The position numbers were made by a program, and so were the translations under genes. From an uncultured delta proteobacterium (GTDB lineage Bacteria; Desulfobacterota; Binatia; UBA9968), in NCBI GenBank assembly GCA_963840855.1, contig CAWJBB010000093.1:1-39218 (forward strand): a DNA stretch of 39,218 nucleotides. Reading direction: 5' to 3'. The first letter of the stretch is position 1. Each line of letters starts with the position of its first letter. The notes under the pieces are model-generated. The model was not told the origin of the DNA. It saw nothing but the letters and a program-made list of their open reading frames with translations, and searched no databases. Positions 1 through 9,412 of this stretch are shown here, piece by piece.

Positions 1-20
1 AGGGCGCCCGGGCGCTGCCA

Positions 21-41
21 TAGAGACATTTTAGAGACATT
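21..41. promoter_or_regulatory. Tandem direct repeat TAGAGACATT x2 (11-bp period), possible regulator site upstream of the UbiD gene
   Basis: TAGAGACATT at 21-30 and 32-41, about 35 bp upstream of the putative -35 box. Confidence 0.35.
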
Positions 42-77
42 GACGGTCTTTGGTGAAGGGTAAGGTGGGATAAGTGC

Positions 78-107
78 TTGAAAAGTAATTGCCCCCGGCG
101 CTATTAT
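78..107 (+). promoter_or_regulatory. Putative sigma70 promoter (TTGAAA-18 nt-TATTAT), possibly giving a leaderless mRNA
   Basis: -35-like at 78-83, -10-like at 102-107, ATG at 114, no Shine-Dalgarno in between. Confidence 0.45.
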
Positions 108-113
108 CCGCGA

Positions 114-1544
114 ATGCCCCAAGACATGCGCACGTGGATCAGCCAGTTGGATGAAGCAGGACTGCTGGCGCGTATTAGCAAACCGGTCGACCCGCGCACC
201 CAGATGGGCGCGTTGCTTTGGCAGGCGCGCGACCGCGGCCTGCTATTTGAAAATCTGCCCGGCTATCCGGGTTGGCGCTGCCTGGGACAGGCGCCTGGCG
301 ACGTGTCTTTGGCGCCTGTGGCGTTCGGCACACCGCGTGACGAAATGATACCGGAGTTCGTGCGTCGCACCGAGAAGCTCGGTAGGACGCGCTTGGTAGA
401 AGCCGGACCGGTTCAACAAACGGTTATCGTCGGTGATGAAGTCGATATCACCAAGATGCCGATCCACCAGGCAGGAATTCGCGATGGCGGCCCGTTCATC
501 GGTTCGGGTTTGATGATAACGAAAAACCCCGACACCGGGCGGCGCAACTTGAGCTTTCATCGCCTGCAAATGAAGGGGCCGAAGAAAACCGGCATCCTGC
601 TCTATCCCCGCCACGCTTGGGCGAACTATCAGATGTATGAGGCGCAGGATAAAGCGATGCCCGTGGCGATCATGATCGGGCACCATCCCATGTATTACTT
701 CGCCGCGGCGACCACGACTCAGTACGGCGTCGACGAGCTCGAGATCGCTTCGGCCTTGTTAAAGGAGGATGTGGAGCTGGTCAAATGCCGAACCGTCGAT
801 CTGGAAGTGCCGGCCTGGGCCGAGATTGTTCTCGAAGGCGAAATCCCGCCGAAAGTTAGGGAACCGGAAGGACCGTTCAGCGAATTCCAAGATTACTATC
901 TCACCGGTTCCGGCATGAATCCCATTGTCAATGTCAAAGCCATTACGATGCGGCAGGACGCGATATTTAAAAACGTCCAGAATGGCACCGAGGTTGAAGG
1001 TTGCGTTTATCACAAAGTGCCGATGTCAGCGCAAATCTTGCGCCGGTCGCGGACCGTCGGCGGTTTGGCGGATGTGAAAAACGTGCTGGTGCTGCCGGGA
1101 ATTTTCGGCGTCGTGGTGCAGATGAAGCCGCGCTACTACGGTGAGGCGAGAAATGTGCTCATGGCGGTGCTGTCGAGCGAGTATCAACATCCCAAAGTCG
1201 CCATTGCCGTCGACGAAGATGTCGATATTTTTAATTACGCCGAGGTGCTCTGGGCGCTGAACACGCGCGTAAACCCCGCCGAGGACATCATCGTGATTAA
1301 CGGTGCCAAGATCCACGCCATGGATCCATCATGCCCGGAGTTCGGCCATCCCGGCGCGCCCGGTTGGCATCGCATCGGCGGCAAAGTCATCATCGACGCA
1401 ACCAAACCGCCGGAGTGCGATCCCAAGCGCCGCGATGAATTCGAGCGGCTCAGGCCGGTGGGTTGGGAAACGGTGCGCTTGGAAGATTTTCTCCCGCAGG
1501 GAGCGCCGCCATTGAGGATTAAACCGAAGATACCGGGAAATTAG
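114..1544 (+). CDS. UbiD-family (prFMN-dependent) decarboxylase
   Basis: UbiD-like N-terminus (DMRTWI..L...G.L..I..PVDP) and motifs DGGPFI, HRLQ, EGPFSEF, VDEDVDI, IDATKP. ATG 114 preferred over TTG 78. Confidence 0.9.
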   Translation: MPQDMRTWISQLDEAGLLARISKPVDPRTQMGALLWQARDRGLLFENLPGYPGWRCLGQAPGDVSLAPVAFGTPRDEMIPEFVRRTEKLGRTRLVEAGPVQQTVIVGDEVDITKMPIHQAGIRDGGPFIGSGLMITKNPDTGRRNLSFHRLQMKGPKKTGILLYPRHAWANYQMYEAQDKAMPVAIMIGHHPMYYFAAATTTQYGVDELEIASALLKEDVELVKCRTVDLEVPAWAEIVLEGEIPPKVREPEGPFSEFQDYYLTGSGMNPIVNVKAITMRQDAIFKNVQNGTEVEGCVYHKVPMSAQILRRSRTVGGLADVKNVLVLPGIFGVVVQMKPRYYGEARNVLMAVLSSEYQHPKVAIAVDEDVDIFNYAEVLWALNTRVNPAEDIIVINGAKIHAMDPSCPEFGHPGAPGWHRIGGKVIIDATKPPECDPKRRDEFERLRPVGWETVRLEDFLPQGAPPLRIKPKIPGN

Positions 1545-1547
1545 ACT

Positions 1548-1602
1548 GTTCAAGGTGCAATGCGATTCGATCCGGATTCCTCTAAACGTTGAACCTTGAA
1601 CG
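1548..1602. repeat. Heptamer-array inverted repeat (GTTCAAN ... TTGAACN)
   Basis: GTTCAAG GTGCAAT ... CTAAACG TTGAACC TTGAACG between convergent genes; same family at 22750 and 28632. Confidence 0.65.
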
Positions 1603-1630
1603 GCACGTAGGCGTTGAGCCGCAGTGGGGC

Positions 1631-1876
1631 TTATTCATCCGTGTCGCCAAAATAATCGCGCAGGATCCGTTCCTTGATGTATTCCAGGGCGCCGAGGTCC
1701 TGGATGATGTCGCCGCCGGTGTCGTAGAAGAAAATATCTCCCTTTTTGTTGCGGCCGATGGCCACGAGCCAGTCCAACTCGTCGCGGTCTTCCAGTAGAT
1801 AATTGATCGTCTGGTGCGCGCCTTTGTTGGCGATGATCGTAACTTTGGGGTTGGGAGATTTTCGTGCCTCGCTCAT
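1631..1876 (-). CDS. Hypothetical protein, 81 aa
   Basis: AGGAGG RBS upstream of the ATG, protein-like composition, no recognised motif. Confidence 0.7.
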   Translation of the reverse strand: MSEARKSPNPKVTIIANKGAHQTINYLLEDRDELDWLVAIGRNKKGDIFFYDTGGDIIQDLGALEYIKERILRDYFGDTDE

Positions 1877-1948
1877 CAGCCTGCCTCCTGCCTGCTCAAA
1901 AACCTTATAACAGAACAGTACCTACCACAACATTGCGGCAGGGCCGAT

Positions 1949-2025
1949 TAGCCCGGTTCATTCTCCTTCGCCGAATACCTCGTAGCTTGCTGCGAGGATG
2001 AAGGGGAGGAGAATAAACCGGGCTA
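1949..2025. mobile_element. MITE-like 77-bp element with 18-bp terminal inverted repeats and an internal hairpin
   Basis: TAGCCCGGTTCATTCTCC ... GGAGAATAAACCGGGCTA (1 mismatch); internal CCTCGTAGCTTGCTGCGAGG; 23 nt identical to 30056-30078. Confidence 0.6.
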
Positions 2026-5000
2026 GCGGAGCGAGAAATCAACCCGGCTCAGTTTGGCTTTAGCTTTTTCTTCCGAAGAAACCGGTTTTGCACCCACGAT
2101 GGAAAGGCGATCGCCGGTGACCTGTCCGCTCGCGAGTAAGCGCTCCTGTACCGTTTGAGCGCGCCGGTTGGCAAGATTGCGCAGATCGTCGTCGGTGGCC
2201 TGCGCATGTTTGAGCATCAGGCTCTCCATCTCAGCCACCGGCAAGTCTTTGGCAAGACCGATGACATTGCGCGGTTTTGGAAAGCTCTCATCGCCATAGG
2301 CTGCCTTGAGGTAGCGCTCGTATTCACCTTTGTCGACCTGGACATCGTCCACTGATTTAGGGGCGGCCCCTTGCCGCACCAAATCTTTCATCTTTTGCGC
2401 TTTCACCTTGCGTTCGATCGACGTTTGCTTCAGACCCTCAAGGTCGTTGACGGGGTCGACGCGACCGCTGATGTCGAGTTTGAGGGCAGGCCGGTTGTTC
2501 ATCGCAGTCGCGATCGATTTGATTTTGGCTTCCGCGCTCTGCGACAGATTAGAGCGGCCGTAATCGAATTCGATATAGCTCAACTCCCCGCCACTTCCCC
2601 CGCCGAAAGCGGCGCCAAGCAGAGCAAAAGGGGACGTTACGGCCCGGGTGATAATATTGATAATGATCCTCAGGATGATTCCGCCAACGCTGAACTCAGG
2701 ACTGTCCAGGGAGCCGCTGATAGGAAGATTGACGTCGATGACGCCGTTACGATCCTTGAGTAACGCAACGGCGAGCAAGACCGGCAGCTTCGTGGCGGTT
2801 GGACTCTCCACTTTTTCTCCGAAGGTTAGCTGGTCGAGAATAATCTGGTTTTGCGCGTCCAGCTTGCGGTTCTCCACTTTGTATTTGACTTTGAACGAGA
2901 GCTCGCCTCTCTCGATGCCGTAACCCACGTACTTAACCGAGTAGGGGGACATGGGATTGAGCTCGATTTCCCTGGCATCCGCCGCAATGTCCAAATAGAG
3001 ATCTTTGGATAGCGGGTTGATCTTGCCCTGGATGTCAACGGGGGCGGCGTTGTCGAGCTTCGCCTGGATCGCAAGATCACCCGGAGCTTCCGGTTTGAGT
3101 TCGGAAATCGAACCCTGTACGCCGGTCAGGTTAGCCGAGTAGTTGGGCTTGACGAAAAAGTCGCTGAAATAGACATTGCCCGCTTGCAAGTTGATCTTGC
3201 CGATGGAAATTTGTTTCTCGGCGGAGGGCGCGGCTGCTTGGGGTTCCGGTGGTTTTGCCTCCTTTGTCTCCTCTGGATCGCTTGCCTGGGTTTTTTGGGC
3301 CGCCAATTTTTGCAAATTGAGCCTCCCGTCAGCGCCGAGGATCATCCGCGAATAGAAGTCGGCGAGATTGATCTCGTTAATCCGAAGCTGCATGGGCTGC
3401 AGGGCAAATTGGATTCCACCGAGATCCAATGACTTCCATTTAAGAAGATCTTGGGAAGCATCCTTCTCAACCGAGGCGAAATCCGTCACTTGAACGCCGC
3501 CTTCATAGTTGACCTTGAGGGCGCCATCGCCACCGGTTTCTATGGTGAGAACACCTTTGCTGCCGACTTCTCCACCCGTTAACGAGAAGTTAACCTGATC
3601 CGCGAGATAGGGCTGGAACGGGACAACAGCGATGCCCTGAGCATCGACATTTAGGCGGCCCCGAACCGGGCGCGTCCCAAGGCCACCCGCCAGCCTCAAG
3701 CGCCCCTTATTGTTGATCGTGGCTTGGAGGCGGACTCTGGCGCGCGCATTCTTGGCATTGGAATGATTTTCTCCCCGGAACGACAGGGCGGAAACCGTCA
3801 TGCGCGCCGGCGGACTCAGCATGCGGTCTTCAAACGTGACTCGAAAACGATCTAGAGCGGAGCGTTTTATTTCAACGGACCATTCTGCCGTGTCTTCTTT
3901 CTCCGGCTTCTTGGCCTCGCTTGCGCCAGGCTGCGTTTTGATAAGCCTGGCGTAGCTGAAGATCCCGTCTGGATTACGATGGATAGAGCCGTTGCCGTCG
4001 CGACTTTCAAAGGAACCCACCACGATGGATTTTTTTTCAACGTCCACTGTGGTGTCTTTTATCTCCAAGAGCGGAGCGCGCCAAAGCGGCTCACGGTCGC
4101 CCGGCACGTCTAGCCGCAGGGTCCGTAACGCGGCATTCAGCTCTGAGAGTTTTGTCTCCAGTTGCTTATTCTCTTTCTGCCCGGCGACAAAGTGAGTGGT
4201 GAGATCCAGCAGCCCTTCCGTGATCTCCAGCCCAACCACGCTCTCGTAGTATGGACGAAGTCCTTTGAGCTGGAGGCTTTTAACCTCAATCTGGCCTTCG
4301 GCCGCAAGCGGTGTAAGCTGAAGCATCCCCGTGTGGTTAAACTGTTCTTTAGCATCGGTCTGGAAGGATATTTCAGTGGTGGCTTTCTTGTCGGCCTCGT
4401 TGGTAAGCCCCTTGACGCCGGCGTGGATATTTTCCACTCGCTTTTCAAAAGGCCGCTCTGGGCTACGATCGGTAAGAAACAGCTTGCCTTGATCCACCAG
4501 AATTTCATCGACACGGTAACCGAAGGGCTTCTCATCTCTCTTCTGCTCCGAAGCTTTTTCGGTTTTGCTTTCTGCGATCAGCGAAGCGAGATTCAGCGTC
4601 CCGTCGCGGTTGTGGGTCACATGCAACTCCGGCGACTCTACCTTGACCGATTTCAGACTTGCCTTCTGTGCAAAAACCTCAACGGCATCGATGACGACAT
4701 CGAAGCTCAGCAGGTTCAGAAGCGGCGCGTCATTTTTTTCCTGCAGCTTTAGCTCCTTGATCCCGACGTTGCCGGAGATCGACAGCTCAGCCGGTTTGTC
4801 TTTGCTGGTTCTGAATGAGGCCGTGAGTTTGCCATCAAGTTGTCCGGACGGAACTTTGAAATTCAGCTCCACGGGCGAGTATTCGAGATACTTAGGAATT
4901 TGCAGGTTGTCGATGTCGAGTTGAATAGTGCTCTCTCGCGAATCCTTGAAGGGCTTGGTCTCGCCGTCGATTTGAACGGGAGCGTCGTTTACCAACGCGT

Positions 5001-5616
5001 AGAAAGCCGGTTGGACATTGATCTCTACGTGAGAGGGTATGCTGGAAACGAAGGGCACGCCGATTTTGATGGCGGAGATCGTGTGTTTCGTTTGTTCCGG
5101 CCGATCGTCGAAGTCGATTTTTCCATCGAGAACTTGAATATTGTTCAGGGCGAATCGCGGCGTGGGTCCCGGCGGGCCTTTGGTAAACTCGTCAATCAGG
5201 TCAGTGAAATTATACGTACGGTCTTCGTTCCTGATCAGGTTGACGTAGGGTTTGACAAGTCGGATTTGATTCAAGACCGGTCCCCAACGGAATAGCGATT
5301 GAAGCTCCAAGTTTGCGTAGAGCTCGTCAAAGGAAACCGCAGTTGCCGATCCTTGGCGTTCCTTCATAAGAAAGCCACGGACGGTGACGGACATCGCAAA
5401 AGGATTAATGCGAATTTGTTGGATGGAGACTTGGCGGTGAAGCTTCGCGGTTAACTGGTCGGCGAGCACTCCGCGCAGTAGGTAAGGGGCAACCAGCGCG
5501 CCCAGGATACCGATGGCTACGACAATCGATATAACCCAGATTGCGATTTTGCGAGTCCGCGGCGCCCGCGCAAGTGCCGTGGCGCGCGCGCGGATTGTTT
5601 GGGTGGGGTTAGCCAT
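2023..5616 (-). CDS. DUF748-domain membrane-anchored protein with OmpA-like C-terminus
   Basis: N-terminal TM segment, repeated beta-rich AsmA-like blocks, LAVALLKDRNGVIDVNLPISG, C-terminal LA.RRA..V...L and RVDFSL. Confidence 0.85.
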   Translation of the reverse strand: MANPTQTIRARATALARAPRTRKIAIWVISIVVAIGILGALVAPYLLRGVLADQLTAKLHRQVSIQQIRINPFAMSVTVRGFLMKERQGSATAVSFDELYANLELQSLFRWGPVLNQIRLVKPYVNLIRNEDRTYNFTDLIDEFTKGPPGPTPRFALNNIQVLDGKIDFDDRPEQTKHTISAIKIGVPFVSSIPSHVEINVQPAFYALVNDAPVQIDGETKPFKDSRESTIQLDIDNLQIPKYLEYSPVELNFKVPSGQLDGKLTASFRTSKDKPAELSISGNVGIKELKLQEKNDAPLLNLLSFDVVIDAVEVFAQKASLKSVKVESPELHVTHNRDGTLNLASLIAESKTEKASEQKRDEKPFGYRVDEILVDQGKLFLTDRSPERPFEKRVENIHAGVKGLTNEADKKATTEISFQTDAKEQFNHTGMLQLTPLAAEGQIEVKSLQLKGLRPYYESVVGLEITEGLLDLTTHFVAGQKENKQLETKLSELNAALRTLRLDVPGDREPLWRAPLLEIKDTTVDVEKKSIVVGSFESRDGNGSIHRNPDGIFSYARLIKTQPGASEAKKPEKEDTAEWSVEIKRSALDRFRVTFEDRMLSPPARMTVSALSFRGENHSNAKNARARVRLQATINNKGRLRLAGGLGTRPVRGRLNVDAQGIAVVPFQPYLADQVNFSLTGGEVGSKGVLTIETGGDGALKVNYEGGVQVTDFASVEKDASQDLLKWKSLDLGGIQFALQPMQLRINEINLADFYSRMILGADGRLNLQKLAAQKTQASDPEETKEAKPPEPQAAAPSAEKQISIGKINLQAGNVYFSDFFVKPNYSANLTGVQGSISELKPEAPGDLAIQAKLDNAAPVDIQGKINPLSKDLYLDIAADAREIELNPMSPYSVKYVGYGIERGELSFKVKYKVENRKLDAQNQIILDQLTFGEKVESPTATKLPVLLAVALLKDRNGVIDVNLPISGSLDSPEFSVGGIILRIIINIITRAVTSPFALLGAAFGGGSGGELSYIEFDYGRSNLSQSAEAKIKSIATAMNNRPALKLDISGRVDPVNDLEGLKQTSIERKVKAQKMKDLVRQGAAPKSVDDVQVDKGEYERYLKAAYGDESFPKPRNVIGLAKDLPVAEMESLMLKHAQATDDDLRNLANRRAQTVQERLLASGQVTGDRLSIVGAKPVSSEEKAKAKLSRVDFSLR

Positions 5617-5742
5617 GAGCGTCTCTCACTAAATGCGCGCTAGATTTTGATCATATCTTGCGATTCGGGCTGCGTCTACCCGCGAAACGTGGGGTTGGAA
5701 AAGTTCCCTTCGGCGTGCTCAGGGCCTGAGCTTATCTAAGGC

Positions 5743-5810
5743 AAACCGTTCCAGCCGTTCAAGATGAACTTCGGATTGTCCGACGGCATGAACGGTTTGA
5801 ACGTCTTGAA
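5743..5810. repeat. Nonamer-array inverted repeat (CCGTTC units / TGAACG units), preceded by a degenerate CCCTTCG..GCTCAGGGC REP-like unit
   Basis: AAACCGTTC CAGCCGTTC AAG ... TGAACGGTT TGAACGTCT TGAA; CCCTTCGGCGTGCTCAGGGCCTGAGC at about 5706-5731. Confidence 0.55.
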
Positions 5811-5822
5811 GAGTATGCGCGA

Positions 5823-6266
5823 TTAACTTGTCGCGGCCTGGATCTGTTCCAGCATGAGACAGTATTCGGCGGGCAACTTCCAGTAATGCGCGCCTTCGAG
5901 CATGAGCCGCTTGTACTCGGCATTAGGCAAAGGGACGCCAGTCTCTTTCGGCGCGATGTAAACGATGACTTCCAATGGAGATGCGTTACCGTTGATATTA
6001 TGGACCAAAACTTTCTCCCGGCTATATCCATCTTCAAATCTGTCCATGGTGCCCATGTCGTTCTCGGTTACGTCGTAGACGATGCCCCATACTTCGCTTC
6101 TGGGGTCCGCATAGATGTTGGCCGTGCCGCAATCGCGCAACCGCGAGTGGCGCGCGATGCCGAAACCATAACCGGGCAAGCGAGCGACGCAAGCAAAGCG
6201 TGCAGAGGGACAACGCAGCTGCATCTGTGACCAGTTCATGTTCGAGCCATAGGCGAAATAGAACAT
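5823..6266 (-). CDS. Gamma-glutamylcyclotransferase (AIG2-like) family protein
   Basis: N-terminal YFAYGSNM, VWGIVY, MDRFEDGY. Confidence 0.88.
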   Translation of the reverse strand: MFYFAYGSNMNWSQMQLRCPSARFACVARLPGYGFGIARHSRLRDCGTANIYADPRSEVWGIVYDVTENDMGTMDRFEDGYSREKVLVHNINGNASPLEVIVYIAPKETGVPLPNAEYKRLMLEGAHYWKLPAEYCLMLEQIQAATS

Positions 6267-6408
6267 TTAAACACCGCTCCTAATCAGCTGAATATATTAA
6301 AAACTATGACGATAAATACAAGGAGCGGGATGCCTCGCCAAAGCTCCTAACGCCGCTGTTTTGCAATTCCGCGCGTCCAAGTATACATTTAAATCTTCAA
6401 CGAAACTC

Positions 6409-7014
6409 ATGGTTGGACGAAAGGTGGCTTCTGTGACTGCCAAAGTGACTGTCAGGATCCTAGCGTTGGGTTTATTCTTGCTGCCGCATTCGTCCTTTGG
6501 CGGCCAGGCGACCGAACAATTGCAGGCAACGATCAGCGAATTTGTAAATATTTTGTCCAATACACCAGTGCCTGAACTCCAAGCAGCCGGTTTACCCGAA
6601 GCGGCGCGCCAGTTGGTGTTTGCCCGTTTTGATTTTCCCGAAATGACAAGGCTTTCACTGGGGCGGCATTGGAAATCGCTTGAAGTTAATGAGCAGGCGG
6701 AATTCGTCGCCGCTTTGGCCCAGAGGATGCTCGTTACCTACGGCCGGACCGTCCGCTCGGGAGCTGAAAAGATCCAGTTCAAAAGAGAGGTGCAGGACGG
6801 CAGACAGGTCAGAGTCGAGACTGAAGTCGTTGATGATGGCCAGCCGGTGGCGATCAATTATCGGTTGCATGACATCGAGGGCCAGTGGAAAGTGTTTGAC
6901 GTGGTCATCGGCAACGTCAGCATCGTCAAGAATTTTCAAGCGCAATTCGAGCGTGTTATCGCGAAGACCTCGCTTAAAGAGCTGCTGCAAAAGATCAAAC
7001 AAACCGATTCCTAA
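6409..7014 (+). CDS. MlaC/Ttg2D-family phospholipid-binding periplasmic protein (start uncertain: 6409 or GTG 6433)
   Basis: Signal peptide; FDFPEMTRLSLGRHWK, WKVFDVVIGNVSIVKNFQAQF. Confidence 0.8.
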   Translation: MVGRKVASVTAKVTVRILALGLFLLPHSSFGGQATEQLQATISEFVNILSNTPVPELQAAGLPEAARQLVFARFDFPEMTRLSLGRHWKSLEVNEQAEFVAALAQRMLVTYGRTVRSGAEKIQFKREVQDGRQVRVETEVVDDGQPVAINYRLHDIEGQWKVFDVVIGNVSIVKNFQAQFERVIAKTSLKELLQKIKQTDS

Positions 7015-7255
7015 TCGCTTGCGCATACCCGGCGCGAGCCTAAATTGCGTTGCAGCGCCGGAATCTTTGTTCGTCCGTTCTTCAATTCAATCGTTGGCTG
7101 AAGCGTTGATCGAATCCGCATCAACGGCCCGGCATATTTCGACCTGCATTTGGTTAAACTGCCGTTCGATTGACGGCAGAAGCGCAATTCGTGTAGGTTT
7201 TGCTTATCGTCGCGGGACGAAGGCCAACGAAACCAGGCAAGGAGGGATTTCGGTC

Positions 7256-8070
7256 ATGAACCAGACTGTGACTGCTGAATATTCCGTACACCATCGACAC
7301 GGGGGAAAAGCTCGTTAACGAGACGTTCGGCCCGAACAATATTCGCCGGCGAAAGACGGGAACACATGAGCTGATGCGGATGGAGGTTCGTAATGGCCGC
7401 CTGCTCGCCGATAGAATTTCGCTGGAGCGCGAGGGGTTTGTGCTTGTCGAGCACAAAACCAACGTTGCGGATTTCTTCGACCCCGAACAGCTGAAATCAG
7501 TTTATTATCCGGAGGTCGAGCAATTGATCAAGAACACTTCCGGTGCTTCCAGAGTAGTGATCTTCGATCATACGCTACGCTCGGGCGACGAGACCGAGCG
7601 GGAGGCCAGGCTCATCCGTGAACCGGTGCTCTCTGCGCACAACGACTATACCGAATGGTCCGGGCCAAACAGGGTGCGCGAGTTTCTCCCCGAGGAAGCC
7701 GAGGAACTGCTCGCGCGGCCGTTTCGCAATCATTCAGGTGTGGCGCGCAATCAATCAGCCGATCCAGAAAAACCCCCTGGCCGTTGCCGATGCGACGAGC
7801 ATTGCGATGGAAGACTTGATGGTCGCCGAGCGCCGCTACCCGCACAGGGTGGGGCAAACTTATCGATTAAAGTATCGTCCCAATCATCGATGGTTTTACT
7901 TTCCGGAAATGCGGCGTGACGAAGCCCTGGTGTTCAAAGTTTACGATTCGGAAAAAGATGGCCGGGCGAGGTTTACGCCTCATACTTCGTTTGAGGATCC
8001 TAATTCACCGCCATCGGCGCCGCCGCGGCAAAGCATCGAGGCGCGCGCTTTTGCGTTTTTTTTGCCGTAG
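7256..8070 (+). CDS. CmcJ/NvfI-family oxidoreductase, split by two +1 frameshifts (about 7280 and about 7720)
   Basis: AAGGAGG RBS before ATG 7256. Joined frames read MNQTVTAE-IPYTIDTGEK...YYPEVE..FDHTLR..AHNDYT..FAIIQVWR..PHTSF..RQSIEAR. Confidence 0.8.
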
Positions 8071-8105
8071 CTTGCAGGCGGTGGGTGGCCTGATAGGTTT
8101 ACTGA

Positions 8106-9200
8106 ATGAGAGAAGAGCTGCCGGCGACGGAAAACTCGTCTCAACAGTCAAAACAAAATCCGCCGACCAAGGCCCGGCCTCGCGTGCTATCCCCTGGCTC
8201 GGATTCGGTTGTTGGTCGAATACTCACTCTGCAACGCGCCATCGGTAATCGGGCGGTGCAGCGGTTTTTTAGTTCCGCGATAGATCGGGGAAGACTCAAT
8301 ATCTATCCGCCAAGTGCAGTTAACGAGGTGGAAACTGGTAGCTCGCGTAGGGGTTTGATACGCTGGTCCAGTAACGAGCGGGCAGGTGCTACCTTGCGGG
8401 GCGCTCCAGGGCATCATGCCAACGTTGCTGCCACGGGACGTGGGCCCTCAATCCAAAGACTCTGTGCAGACCGTGCCGCGGAAGATGACAAACTGCGGCG
8501 GCGCGGGACTTCAGAATCTCTTGCGTCGCGTGAGCTGTTCGCCTTGAATCACCTCATCGATGAGCAGTTTGCGTTTTCCACCCGAGAACCTACAATTCAA
8601 AAACAGAACGATGAAGAGCAAAGCTGTGGGCCCCTCGGACGCATCAAAGTAGATGAGATGTATCAGCTGAGGGCAACGGGCGGCACCGAACGGTATCGAA
8701 TTGCGATTATCGGCCGACGAGGCGAGCTACCTATATTTGCCAAAGTCTATCATATTGGCGATTGGTTGAATGATGAAATGGTAATTGTCGATATTCCCTG
8801 GGATTCGATCAGTGTTATCGTCGTCCACTGTGATCATCAAGAAATTCTCGTAGCTGATCCACGGGAGCTTCCGTGCGCGGCGCCGGAGATCATCGTCCAT
8901 GTGGAAAATGGAAAATTAGGCCACGGGACCGTCAAAATCGCGAGGCGTTGCCAAGAGGTCTGTTTTGACCCCGCAGATAAGCTCAAACCTTCGCTCGCTT
9001 ACACCCTGGATGCTGGGGCAGGGCTGTGGGTTCTCCAGGATGGCAAAGGCGGCGTAACGGCCTATCCCACCTCGCAACTTGAGGATATGCTGGGGGTGCA
9101 TTTACAGGACGAAAACTGTGGGAAGCCGAAAACAGAAGAGGAAGTCGTGGAGCCGGCGCCAAGTCCTGAGGAGGACTGGGAACAGATTTTCGGGCCATAA
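8106..9200 (+). CDS. Hypothetical protein with LQRxIGNRAV N-terminal motif (eCIS/DUF4157-effector-like leader)
   Basis: ILTLQRAIGNRAVQR plus IQR/IQK motifs; C-terminal domain not recognised. Confidence 0.55.
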   Translation: MREELPATENSSQQSKQNPPTKARPRVLSPGSDSVVGRILTLQRAIGNRAVQRFFSSAIDRGRLNIYPPSAVNEVETGSSRRGLIRWSSNERAGATLRGAPGHHANVAATGRGPSIQRLCADRAAEDDKLRRRGTSESLASRELFALNHLIDEQFAFSTREPTIQKQNDEEQSCGPLGRIKVDEMYQLRATGGTERYRIAIIGRRGELPIFAKVYHIGDWLNDEMVIVDIPWDSISVIVVHCDHQEILVADPRELPCAAPEIIVHVENGKLGHGTVKIARRCQEVCFDPADKLKPSLAYTLDAGAGLWVLQDGKGGVTAYPTSQLEDMLGVHLQDENCGKPKTEEEVVEPAPSPEEDWEQIFGP

Positions 9201-9412
9201 CGCGACCAGCAAATTGGCGTCATTTGTCGTCGAAAGTGTCGGGCTTCCCGGCTAAATTCGACCGTCCAACATCCAGTAACGTGGCTCCGTCTTTAAATTG
9301 GAAGCCTTCCTCTGAGCGACCGCAACTGCTCAAAATTGACAATTCGAACCGCAAAAGCTCACGCAATGCTAAAGTTTCGCTCGTTCCCGCCGACTGGAAG
9401 TATTGCGGACTT

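Noticed and set aside
7270-7730. Programmed ribosomal frameshifting in the CmcJ-like gene
   Set aside because: No slippery heptamer or stimulatory structure was seen, and similar indels occur in unrelated genes.
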